Source: Macrostomum lignano
Taxonomy: Eukaryota
Reading direction: 5' to 3'
Assembly (NCBI GenBank): GCA_002269645.1
Contig: NIVC01001789.1
Span: 62,001-126,000, forward strand
Length of the DNA stretch: 64,000 bases
The stretch's first letter is position 1. Every line of letters starts with the position of its first letter. Positions 35,184-46,838 of the stretch are shown here, one piece after another. The notes below the pieces were generated by a model. It made no database searches, was not told the origin of the DNA, and saw nothing but the letters and a program-made list of their open reading frames with translations. The position numbers were made by a program, and so were the translations under genes.

Positions 35184-36775
35184 TAGTCTATGGCACAATT
35201 ACAGTATTACCCAGGCTTTAAGGGCGATAATGGGAAAGCCAGAGGGTGCCGAAAATCCCCCAAATTTGAATGGTATGGTAGCCCCGGACGAGTGTCTATT
35301 GTCGCGCGAGTTTTTATGTATCCCCCACTTGCCCCGGGCGAACGTCTATGGTCTCAGTGTAAATTTCATTTATTTGCATCGGTGCAAATAAACGGTTTAT
35401 TTCAGTCGCCCAAAGACAATATTAAAACGCTGCTTCTAACTGCTCACTTGGCTACATAGAGAGAATTGTCTGAAACAGCAAATTTCACTTTTATTTTCTT
35501 CAGCAAATGACCTTCAATATATAGGCTTTGTACGCACCTCCAGAATGAAACTTTTAAGTAGGTAATTTAGATCAATCTTCGACAGTTCGCTGATCTCCTT
35601 CAAACCATTAGCGAGGATCCACCTCCAGTGCACCAGGCCGCTTTCTTCGTTTCGTGCCATTCAATATTCAATATTTCTCAGTCCTGCTACAGTTGTATTT
35701 AACGATTATAAACTAACAAAACCAACAGCAACAGGAAGTTCAGCATAGTAAGAAATAGAAGCCTTTTCTAAGCACTCCCTCAAAGACGATTTCAACAGTG
35801 TTAGTGTTACCGTTGATTTTAATCCTCATTTTCTTTGCAGGATTAGCACTCACTACGTTGCTTTGTTCCATAGATTCAACAGAGCGTTCAGGCTCGGTTT
35901 CAATAGACGGACTTGATGACTGACCACAAGAAGACCAGAAGTGCACTTTAACATGGTCTTGTACGTTAAACTGAATATAGCGCTCAATAGCTGTCGAAGA
36001 GTGTCCTGTAACACGAGCGACGTCCTCTCTAGCGAAGCCAGCACGGTGTAGAGTACTTGCGCAAGTCTTGCGTAGAGACTGATTAGTGTACCTTCCAGTC
36101 ACTCCAGTTAGGGGAGCCGTTAATTCACGAACAATACCGTCCAAGCTGTGCCGGCCGACGGGTGCAACTACCAGCAGCAGGATTCGTTGCAGCGGATTAT
36201 TTACTTTCAAAATATCTTAACACTACACCTTTTCACGTTCAATTTTGATCAAAGTCCAGTTCTAAAAAAACTAGCGGAAATTCAATTCAGACAATTCAGA
36301 CTCGGGCCCAGTCTAACCCCAGCTCAAAACATTCTAACCGAAGTAAGGTTTAGCCATAGACAAAATTATCCTCAGTCTGAATCACAGAATCAAAGCATGA
36401 AATGAAGATTTCAAGAAATTGGGCTACTTTTCCACAGACGAAATTCACTCACTTTCTTATTTAAATTTACATAGACATCTTCTTTTCTTACCATGGACAA
36501 AGCAGACACTTTTTCTGATCAGGCTGTATTTGCACTGACGAATTTCACTTGCTTAGACGAATTCGAAGTCACTTTCTCTACAAATTTACCATAGACACTC
36601 ATTCTCTTCCCCTTGAGCGCTATATAGTTTTGCAGACGCTGACAAATTTGAACTCACTTTTGACGAATCGCGAAGTTGAAAAGGTATATTATGTAGGAGA
36701 CGAAAAAATGGATGAACTGCTGCAGTTAGATTCACAACACTTTAGCCACTCAGTCACAGCTTGCGCCATAGACTA
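35184..36775 (-). mobile_element. Crypton-like tyrosine-recombinase element remnant
   Basis: YR C-terminal remnant inside; flanked by TAGTCTATGGC (35184-94) and GCCATAGACTA (36765-75). Confidence 0.65.
35740..36210 (-). pseudogene. Crypton (DUF3504-like) tyrosine recombinase C-terminal fragment
   Basis: PVGRHSL..VREL..TGVTGRYTNQSLRKTCASTLHRAG..EDVARVTGHSSTAIERY matches the Crypton TNHSLR..GH..Y pattern, with His to Gln. Confidence 0.82.
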
Positions 36776-36784
36776 ACTGTACTG

Positions 36785-37073
36785 CCCGCATAGCAAAATT
36801 ACGTATCCAATACGTAACTCTTTTGGTTGCAGGAACGTCCTTGATGCGTATCCAATTTTTATGATCCTCTAAAGAAGCTCGTTTCTACCAAAATGGTGAA
36901 CATATAATGCTTGTAATTTTATTGATTATTTATTCCACCATTTTTGTAGAAACGAGCTTCTTTAGAGAAACGTAAAAAATTGGATGCGTATCAAGGACGT
37001 TCCTGCAACCAAAAAAGTTACGTATCGGAGGCGTCCCACTTTCTATTGGATATACGTAATTTTGCTATGCAGG
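36785..37073. mobile_element. Palindromic MITE (CMC/CACTA-like), ~115-bp arms
   Basis: CCCGCATAGCAAAATTACG...CGTAATTTTGCTATGCAGG, with CTG on both sides (36782-84 and 37074-76). Confidence 0.75.
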
Positions 37074-37534
37074 CTGGATATTGATGAGTCTTTTGGCTTT
37101 CAGTAGGTTATTATTTTCTCTTCCTTTCTCCAAGTATGTCTATGGAAAAAAGTCCTCGGACGCTATTCTCAAGGCCTCGTCTTCGCCTCGGCCTGAGAAA
37201 TGCATCCTCGGACTTCCTTTTTCATCGCCACACTAGGAAAAGGAGGAGAATGTATATACATCTCCATATGAGCCTCAGTAGAAAAGTTCGGACTATCGTG
37301 AGACATTTATAAAAGCCAAGGACCACTGAAGTATAACAGGATGTAAAACTCAAAGCTCGTGTCATTTTTATGGGCCAATTTCCCGGAAAACATACACTGC
37401 GGTGCAAAGATCGGAACAATCATTTTTATCACAAAATCAATGATTTTATTTGATCTGGGGGAGGAGGGCTTTACGCCCTGTTATGCCACAGTGTCATCCT
37501 TGTCTCACAAATAGAGTTTTATTAACAGTGCTAG

Positions 37535-38767
37535 CTACAGCTTGCATTTGAGAATTGGCAAAATTGACGATATGTTCAAACTGCAGGCCAGATCCATGCT
37601 GTCCGAGTAGCTCAGGTGCAGGAACCTGTGCACCGTGTACGAGCTCTTCGGAATGCGCTTCGTCTGGAATTTTTGACGAATCAGACGCTTGCAGTGGCGA
37701 CGTTGAACTTTTAGAAGCTTGTCTGGCCTCTGGCAGAACTTGATCAGCTTCTTGGGAACAAATATCTCGTCCCAGATGGGCTGGAATGCGTCACCCCTGG
37801 CCAGCATGTTGCCGCACCAGTCGGCTGGCTGGCTGCTCGGCTTCAACGAGGCATATCGTTTGTAGAATGCCTGCAGCATTATGGGCCCGGTCACCATTAC
37901 CGCGTCGAAGTGGGTCCTGTTCACTCTCCTGGCCCAATTCCGCTCGAACCATTTCGGCCAGTTCTTCAGCACGAAGCTCAGGAAGCTGTGATTCGCTCGG
38001 CTCATCATCACAGCATTCGATATCATCGAGGTTAGGTTGAAAAGGAACACTGGATGCTCTATTGGCTCCTGACTCCACACTGCTGACTCACAGTCGAAGT
38101 TCGGAGTCAGCCCCGCTCCCTGAAGCTGCGATGGTCTCAGCAGCGGTGTCGGATCTCGAAGCAGCTCCACATCCGTGTCGACGTACAGACCGCCGACGTG
38201 GTGCAGCACGACCAGACGGCCGATGTCCGATCGCTCCAGCCCGTTGACCAGCTTGCGGTAGCTTTGAACAAGGTACGGATAGTGCTTCGAGATGAGCTCG
38301 GAGATCTGCTTGTCGTCCCAATGCATGAAGTACCAGCGGTCAGCGAGGAATCCGTCTGTATTCGAGCTGTTTCTGTCAGCGCTGCTGCTATCGTTGAGTC
38401 TGACTTCGAGCAGTCGCCTCCATGAGCGCACAATGGGAATCAGCTTGGCTGGCACTCGACCGTCTTTGCTGGTCCAGTGCACCAGCGGCGGGATGGAGTC
38501 CGGGAAGCGGTAGGGCAGCTCGCCACAAGTTCGACTGAAGGGTAAAGGCGTTAGCCGTGTAATGTTTATCGTTGAGTTGTCCGCGGAATCCGTGTCATCG
38601 AGACATTCGATGGGCTTAAAGAACTTTTCCGCCATTAAATTCGTAAGAAGAAGCAGATTGAATGCAGATAGCAGCGTCAGAATGAGCAACATGCTTCGGC
38701 TTTTGCCGGGCCTTGTCCAACGGATAAGCATTCTAGTATTTGAAACAGCGATGTAATCTGTAAACAT
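37535..38767 (-). CDS. GT32 glycosyltransferase paralogue 2
   Basis: Same motifs as paralogue 1 (YVDTD). A phase-1 acceptor TTTACAG| lies at ~38760, but in-frame ATGs precede the TM segment and no first exon was located. Confidence 0.9.
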   Translation of the reverse strand: MFTDYIAVSNTRMLIRWTRPGKSRSMLLILTLLSAFNLLLLTNLMAEKFFKPIECLDDTDSADNSTINITRLTPLPFSRTCGELPYRFPDSIPPLVHWTSKDGRVPAKLIPIVRSWRRLLEVRLNDSSSADRNSSNTDGFLADRWYFMHWDDKQISELISKHYPYLVQSYRKLVNGLERSDIGRLVVLHHVGGLYVDTDVELLRDPTPLLRPSQLQGAGLTPNFDCESAVWSQEPIEHPVFLFNLTSMISNAVMMSRANHSFLSFVLKNWPKWFERNWARRVNRTHFDAVMVTGPIMLQAFYKRYASLKPSSQPADWCGNMLARGDAFQPIWDEIFVPKKLIKFCQRPDKLLKVQRRHCKRLIRQKFQTKRIPKSSYTVHRFLHLSYSDSMDLACSLNISSILPILKCKL

Positions 38768-39576
38768 TTAGTAAGATCTTCCAGCGAAGTCGGTCGAGCT
38801 GATTTGTAATAACACGTATTTATTTCATGGAAGAGCAATGCGATTGGTTTAAAGCTGCGGCTTAAATTTTCGATCTTAAGACAGTAGTTGAGAATACCTC
38901 ATCATTGAGCACATATAGCGCTATACTGGATTTTGAGTCCTAAGCAAATTCTTGTATTTACCAAACCATAAGCTGTTCGCCGTCTCAGTATGATATTTGT
39001 TCACTGCACAGTTAGTTCCAAATGAAGGCAAACTATAATGAATGAGTCACAGTTTATCTGCATATTTGCATTACTGTATGTCTTCTTTCGAACTGCAATA
39101 GATGAGCTGCTGCAGTCTCAATCGAGCGTGCATGCAAACGTAAATTCTTTTAGGATAACCTTCGCTTGGAAGCTCTAACTCGTCCGGTAAAAAAACACAG
39201 GTCGAGAGTGTTTGTCTACGCCACGCCCTTAATTACAATTATTTTAGCCTATCCATATATAGACTGTAAACGGCGGTATACCGTGTATACATGTACATAT
39301 CCGGCATTTTATTTCGGCACGTATTGTTACTGCCCAAGCGATAATGCCGAAAGAACTTGTAACTTAATTTCGTAACTCGGAATTATGCTATCAACTCTCC
39401 CCTACATTGTAATCTCCGTGGGAGAGACTTTATGCCGATAGTCTAGTCTTTTAGTCTCCCCTGGTCGTGTGGTGTCCCCCTGATGTTTTTTTATCTTTTG
39501 TTTCTATTATCGTTTCTGTAATTTTCTAAATCAAAGCCATATAAAGTTATATTTCCATAAGTTTGTAATTCGGCAG

Positions 39577-39830
39577 TTTGTGGCGGCCGTTCGACCGCTG
39601 CGTGAGCCAGACCTTCCCCATTGAGCTCGGCGGCACGGAGTCGTCCGTGTCCAGCTCCAACGCCGAGACAGCCGACGGCGATGTCGTGAACTCATTCGAA
39701 ACAAACCTCATCGACCGTTCGATGGACACGACCGGATCGGATACCACTGTCCAGTACCTGTTCGTGTCTAATCTGGACGCTGGAATCTGCGTTTTTAATC
39801 TCAACTCGATGAAGATTGTGGCGCATTGCG
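39577..39830 (+). other. Orphan exon-like segment
   Basis: GC-rich open frame between GGCAG| and |GTGAG; ends VQYLFVSNLDAGICVFNLNSMKIVAHC (beta-propeller-like). No partner exons found. Confidence 0.35.
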
Positions 39831-39944
39831 GTGAGATGGCGCTTTTTGTTGCTTCATGTTTGTAAGCAAGTTTGTATTTAATGAAATATTGCTGAGTTGC
39901 TTTGGTCTGACTGGTAGGCTTTTAGCACCAGGGGCGTCAGCACC

Positions 39945-40490
39945 AGAGGCGCAGCACCAGGGGCGTCAGCACCAGGGGCGCCAGCACCAGGGGCGCCAGC
40001 ACCAGGGGCGCCAGCACCAGGGGCGCCAGCACCAGGGGCGCCAGCACCAGGGGCGCCAGCACCAGGGGCGCCAGCACCAGGGGCGCCAGCACCAGGGGCG
40101 CCAGCACCAGGGGCGCCAGCACCAGGGGCGCCAGCACCAGGGGCGCCAGCACCAGGGGCGCCAGCACCAGGGGCGCCAGCACCAGGGGCGCCAGCACCAG
40201 GGGCGCCAGCACCAGGGGCGCCAGCACCAGGGGCGCCAGCACCAGGGGCGCCAGCACCAGGGGCGCCAGCACCAGGGGCGCCAGCACCAGGGGCGCCAGC
40301 ACCAGGGGCGCCAGCACCAGGGGCGCCAGCACCAGGGGCGCCAGCACCAGGGGCGCCAGCACCAGGGGCGCCAGCACCAGGGGCGCCAGCACCAGGGGCG
40401 CCAGCACCAGGGGCGCCAGCACCAGGGGCGCCAGCACCAGGGGCGCCAGCACCAGGGGCGCCAGCACCAGGGGCGCCAGCACCAGGGGCG
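39945..40490. repeat. 15-bp near-perfect minisatellite (CACCAGGGGCGCCAG)n, ~36 copies
   Basis: Direct inspection. Confidence 0.97.
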
Positions 40491-40619
40491 TTTCAGAGTT
40501 ACTATAACGATATTTGTTTCTACAACGGAGGTTTTCTGGTGAAAAATGCTACATGCATTTTCTAGCGAATCAATCTACAATAGTTGAATCTTAAGTGATT
40601 AAATAAGCAGCATAAATTT

Positions 40620-40990
40620 GACAGCACTTGCGGTTTAAGCGGCCAATTTTTGATGAACCACATTGATGCAATGGGAAACGTCCTCCAACTTGTAGACGGC
40701 CAAGCGCTGCAGTGATGGTGAATATATTTTACGGCTCCAGAGAGGCGACATTTTTCCATCTTTGCGATCATCACGGCGCTCGTTGCGAAGCCGCACCTTG
40801 TCACCAACTTTGAAGTCGCTGAACTTGGCCGCTCCCAGTCGCTGCTGGTGTGTCCGCACCATGATGCGCTGAGCTCGGGGAATTCAGCGATACAGTCGAA
40901 GCTTGGTTCGCGCGCGCTCTTCATCCTTGATGCGCAGCCAGTCACGATCCAGCGTTTGGCTCTAGGTAGCGCCTGTCTGCCGATCTCCAC
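40620..40990 (-). pseudogene. Gypsy-type integrase C-terminal remnant
   Basis: FKVGDKVRLRNERRDDRKDGKMSPLWS...VYKLED resembles the GPY/F region; frameshifted. Confidence 0.6.
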
Positions 40991-43960
40991 CAGCTAAATC
41001 GGAAGGAAGAAAAGCAGTGTGCTCAGTTACTCGGGAAATGCCGACGTAAGAATTGGATAGCAAATAATGAAGAATCTCATTTAGCTAGCCAGTTGCCATT
41101 GTATTGTGGTCAGCAATGAATAATTTTTTAATTGAGGACTTGTGACTAATTGGTGCACGTGAATTAAATAAAGCTGAATTCTATTGCTCGGCTAAGTCTT
41201 GGCTCTACAACCCACCGTTTCTAAAGTAAACCAGTGAGTTGAAATTCAGATTCAGAACATTGCGTCACCAGTATATTTCAGAGCTACTTCATAGTGCTGC
41301 AAGACCTGGGGCTTAAAGCTTAAATACAGTGGGGTCGAACTATAAAGCTGTCGTAGCGTAAGTTTGATCCTACGTCGGAACTTTTACACTGCGGAGCTTG
41401 GAGTTAAGAACGATCTTATCTTACGATGGCTCTATGGAACGGGCCCAGTGTAAATTGCCTGCGCTAATGTGCAAGATGCGTGTAGGTTTGCGATGCGAAA
41501 TTGTGCTCACCGAACGTGTAAATGGGGGAGGGTACCAGTTAGGGAGAGACTAGAAATTCCGACTATGATGTCGTGACTTGCGCTGCCGTCTCCCCTAGGG
41601 ACGATCGGGCTGCATGAAAACACCTGTGCAAACCCCTTGTCCCCTAGACTTTATCCGCCTCTGGATGGTGCGGTAGCTGACGTTGCGGCCAAGATTATCT
41701 AGACAGCAGGCTCAGATTGTTTGAAGGTACTGGCCGCCACCAGTCACCTGTGAAGGAGTACACCCGGTAGAAATTCCCACTAATGAGACGGGACTTCCGG
41801 TCTGTAACAGACGAAGGTTCTTGACCCCAACTGTACTAGAAATGGCCGATTAATAAGGGACTCTTAAGTTACTTTTATTAAAGCGGCACTTTTTCCGGTT
41901 ATTTTTTTAGAATGCTGGACTTCGGTAACGGAAGTTCCTTTTGATAAGTCCGGTCCTCCGGTACTTGAAAATGAAATTTTAGGTGCAAACAGCCAATTTA
42001 GCACTAAATATTTCCCAAAAGCGCAAAATTTTCACCAAAATCCTCGTAGTAAAATTATAAAAAGGTAAAAAAATTGATCCCAGATCATGTGGTTTTATTA
42101 CTTTTTAAGTTAAAGAACGTTTTAAGCACCATATTGAATCATAGAATGAAGTAATTATTAGTAACTACTATTGCTGAAACAAGACACATTCAAAATAATA
42201 AAATCCTTGTTTAACAACCCCTTGGAAGTTTTCTAACCAGGATAACTAGCAGTACATCTGGACGCTACACTCGCGATTCGTGGAACATTTTTGAAGGCCG
42301 ATTTCTTCATTAAATGAAGTTCATTTCAATGTTCGTGCAGGACGACACGTCGACACGAGTGATGCATTCTAAAGGTGTTTTGACTTTTAACAGGCTAATT
42401 ATAATTTTCTAATTGCAGCGCAAAGGCACTAACCCGATGGGAAAAAAATGGTCGCGGCGACGGAGTTGCGACGGCTGTCCGTCGTATTTCGGGTCGAATT
42501 TTTTTTCTGCTACTAATGTACTCCAAATGACTCAAAACGGGCTGTTTGAGGTTAGTTCGGGGTTAAGGAAGTGAAATATCAATAATTTGACATGGTCGCC
42601 AAAGGGTCGCTTGATCAGAGGTTATGCGCCTGGTCGCGCCCGCGTACTAAAATGGGTCGGCTAACCTCCGGGTCGCCAAGCACTCGACTGTTAGCCTAAT
42701 TGGCGACCCACATGTATGCAGAATACTACTCAGTAGTATGAACTGCGCATTAGCCTTTCTCAGGCAAATAAATTTTATATGGCTTATAAAAGCGTAACTT
42801 GAGTCGCCTTCAAAGACTTATAGAGCTTTGGAATCGGTACTTTTTAGATAAATGGTCATTTTATGTCATTTCATTTCATGATGTTTTACCTACTAATAGG
42901 TATCTTCTTAATACAACGGTCTAGGCCAAATTAAACCTCTAAAGTCCCCAACCTTATTTAATTTTGGCTTGCAGGCGAACAGACTCCTTGTGAATTTGTT
43001 ACCCTAGCAGTCCAACCGCATAGTAACAAATTATTTTTTCTTGTATACGACTATTTCTGCACTGGCTGTTTAAAGTGCAAATTTTAAAGTGTTGCATAGA
43101 AATTTAACGTCTTGTCTGCTGTTAAAATTTTGAACTCGTTAATCAAATGCTTGACTAAGGATATTGATCTTTGTCATGGATAAATCTATTGATTGCATTT
43201 TGCCGATTATGGCATAACGAATACGTTTCTTTGCTTAAAATGTAGTCAGTTCGCTTTAATGTGCAATCTGGGACATCATAATCCTTAATGGGAACAGCTG
43301 AGGTGATAGAAACAATGGTATCCAAGGGAAAATATGTTGCTATGCAGCTGGGATGCAAATAGGGAAATTTGAGTCCTGGTTTAATCAAGGGTGTTGAAAT
43401 ATCGACTTCTTCATCGTGTAAAAATCAGACTTGGAATTTTGTTGTACATTATAATGCATTATTAGTCTTCCGAAGTTTAAACGTGTTGTCTTGTGCCTAC
43501 TATAAGTAGGGCATAGGACACTACTCTATGAGCAAACAGCTTTGTAAGACCTTTACTTCACTGCACCAATACGAATGTATGCAAGTAACACTTGGGGCCA
43601 CGGGAAGAAGCAAGCAATCTTTTAGATTTACAGAACACTCATTGGTCTGTGATGTCGACTTATTGGTCTGATTAGATCCCCCGCGGGAAATCTAACACAG
43701 TCTAACATAGCTCATTAATTTTATTCGTTCCCCACACCCCTTAACTGTTCCCCACCTCATCCCCGCCGCATGATGAATCCTCCAATGACAAAGCCTCAAA
43801 GCGGCCGCAAATTACACGACAAATAGGAAGAACGTTTGCTTTGAAATTAAGTTATTTAAATTAAATATGAGCTGAATTAAAATTACTTTATTTGCATTAG
43901 CATTCAATCACAATTTTACGAGAAATTCAATGGCGCGCTCTAATTGTCGATGTCATAGAT

Positions 43961-45432
43961 CAAAAGCGGAGATTCCTAGAAATTCTAATGTATTTTAATA
44001 CGGAAAGCCAAAAAAATCAATCAGCAACTGCCAAGCTGTATCTGTAGATTCAGATATGAGACTCTACAGATAATTAGAGCATCCCAGTCGGTGTCTTTTG
44101 CAGAAAGAATCGGATCTCTAGCCTAATCAGCTTTCCAGATATTCAAAAGCGGAGATTCCTAGAAATTCTAATGTATTTTAATAGGGAAAGCCAAAAAAAT
44201 CAATCAGCAACTGCCAAGCTGTATCTGTAGATGCAGATATGAGACTCTACAGATAATTAGAGCACCCCAGTCGGTGTCTTTTGCAGAAGGAATCGGATCT
44301 CTAGCCTAATCAGCTTTCCAGATATTCAAAAGCGGAGATTCCTAGAAATTCTAATGTATTTTAATAGGGAAAGCCAAAAAAATCAATCAGCAACTGCCAA
44401 GCTGTATCTGTAGATTCAGATATGAGACTCTACAGATAATTAGAGCACCCCAGTCGGTGTCTTTTGCAGAAAGAATCGGATCTCTAGCCTAATCAGCTTT
44501 CCAGATATTCAAAAGCGGAGATTCCTAGAAATTCTAATGTATTTTAATAGGGAAAGCCAAAAAAATCAATCAGCAACTGCCAAGCTGTATCTGTAGATTC
44601 AGATATGAGACTCTACAGATAATTAGAGCACCCCAGTCGGTGTCTTTTGCAGAAAGAATCGGATCTCTAGCCTAATCAGCTTTCCAGATATTCAAAAGCG
44701 GAGATTCCTAGAAATTCTAATGTATTTTAATAGGGAAAGCCAAAAAAATCAATCAGCAACTGCCAAGCTGTATCTGTAGATTCAGATATGAGACTCTACA
44801 GATAATTAGAGCACCCCAGTCGGTGTCTTTTGCAGAAAGAATCGGATCTCTAGCCTAATCAGCTTTCCAGATATTCAAAAGCGGAGATTCCTAGAAATTC
44901 TAATGTATTTTAATAGGGAAAGCCAAAAAAAATCAATCAGCAACTGCCAAGCTGTATCTGTAGATTCAGATATGAGACTCTACAGATAATTAGAGCATCC
45001 CAGTCGGTGTCTTTTGCAGAAAGAATCGGATCTCTAGCCTAATCAGCTTTCCAGATATTCAAAAGCGGAGGTTCCTAGAAATTCTAATGTATTTTAATAG
45101 GGAAAGCCAAAAAAATCAATCAGCAACTGCCAAGCTGTATCTGTAGATTCAGATATGAGACTCTACAGATAATTAGAGCACCCCAGTCGGTGTCTTTTGC
45201 AGAAAGAATCGGATCTCTAGCCTAATCAGCTTTCCAGATATTCAAAAGCGGAGATTCCTAGAAATTCTAATGTATTTTAATAGGGAAAGCCAAAAAAATC
45301 AATCAGCAACTGCCAAGCTGTATCTGTAGATTCAGATATGAGACTCTACAGATAATTAGAGCACCCCAGTCGGTGTCTTTTGCAGAAAGAATCGGATCTC
45401 TAGCCTAATCAGCTTTCCAGATACTCGAAGGC
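43961..45432. repeat. 183-bp satellite, ~8 highly homogeneous copies
   Basis: CAAAAGCGGAG starts at 43961, 44144 and 44327 (period 183). Confidence 0.96.
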
Positions 45433-45974
45433 GGAGAAATGAATACAAATAGCTGTAAAGCTGTATTAGTAAATACAAATACAAATGTTTTTTTTAGAAT
45501 TTATTTTTATCGTTACCTTTGAATCACAAATTTTAGCAATAGCATTTTAGCAACTAATCAAGCAGGGAAATCAAGCAGGAGCCTGCATCAAAGGAAGGGG
45601 AGGGGCCAGGGTACAGATCACAACACTCAGTCTGTTGCGTATTTTGGTGGATCCGGAAAAGGCAGGGTGCAAGATGGAGGGTGTGTGCTGAAGCCCCGGC
45701 AAACAAAGAGCAATCCAAATATACTAAATCTTAACATTCTAAGCCAATTCAAGTAATTTTCCCACGCTCTTCATTTCCGATTTTCAAACTTAGAAATGTA
45801 AAAGATAGGGGTAGTGGGGGTTTGAGGGCCTTTTTGCGAACACTCAGTTCCATATTCATGGCCAGCCGGAATGTGGGTGTACCGATAAAGTCTCATCGTT
45901 ACAGACAGAGTGGCGCCACATAGCACAGCATACCCTCCTACCCACCATCACAATGTATCTCATAGGCAAGATAA

Positions 45975-46047
45975 CAGAGAGAAAGAGAGAGAGAGGTGGG
46001 AAGAGAGAGACAGACACACAGAGGGAGAGAGAGGATGAGGGATAGAC

Positions 46048-46132
<85 letters not shown>

Positions 46133-46171
46133 AAAGAGAGGGGACAGAGAGAAGAGACAGAGACACATACA

Positions 46172-46215
<44 letters not shown>

Positions 46216-46544
46216 GGAGAGAGAAAAGAGAGGGGACAGAGAGAAGAGACAGAGACACATACAGAGGGAGAGAGAGATAGGGATGAGGGAGAGACGGAGA
46301 GGAGGAGATAAAGTGAGTGAGACTGAGAGGAAGACTGTGAGAGGGTGAGAGAGGGAGGGAGAGAGAGACAGGGAGAGAAAGGGGTAAAGGAGAGGAGAGG
46401 AAAAGTAGGGGAAGCCCCCAGAGCCCCACAGAGAGACAGAGACACAATTATAAACTGGGTGCAAAATTCTATATTCTGTCCCCTTCTCTAAAATATAGGC
46501 AATAATATAGAAACCTGAAGTCTAATCAAACAGACGAAGACAGA

Positions 46545-46590
<46 letters not shown>
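45975..46590. repeat. (GA)n-rich microsatellite tracts
   Basis: Direct inspection. Confidence 0.95.
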
Positions 46591-46597
<7 letters not shown>

Positions 46598-46838
46598 ATG
46601 CACTAAGATCTCCCATTGGCTGTCGCTGAACATGAGGACTAAAAGAATGCAAACGAGAGAGAGGATAAAAAGAGCAGTAGCTTTCTCATTGGTTCACAAA
46701 AGAATTAAGTGGCATTTAAGAACAGACTACGACTTTCTGAGTCAGATACTATTCACTTCGTAGAACAATTCCTATGAGCATCTGACATATCTATCTGATC
46801 GTTTCTGTAGTTATCTCTCAGCTCTAGTACGCTCGTAT

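Noticed and set aside
35740-36210. Crypton fragment as the missing C-terminus of the 23579 YR gene
   Set aside because: It lies upstream on the minus strand, has its own termini and belongs to a different YR sequence type.
39856-40542. GRQHQ-repeat protein and other repeat ORFs (9836-10108, 11634-12661, 12986-13814, 45856-46464, 60648-61585)
   Set aside because: Stop-free translations of micro/minisatellites, usually open in several frames.
43155-43388. AT-rich ORF remnant (also 30690-31060)
   Set aside because: No recognisable motif; cannot be assigned.
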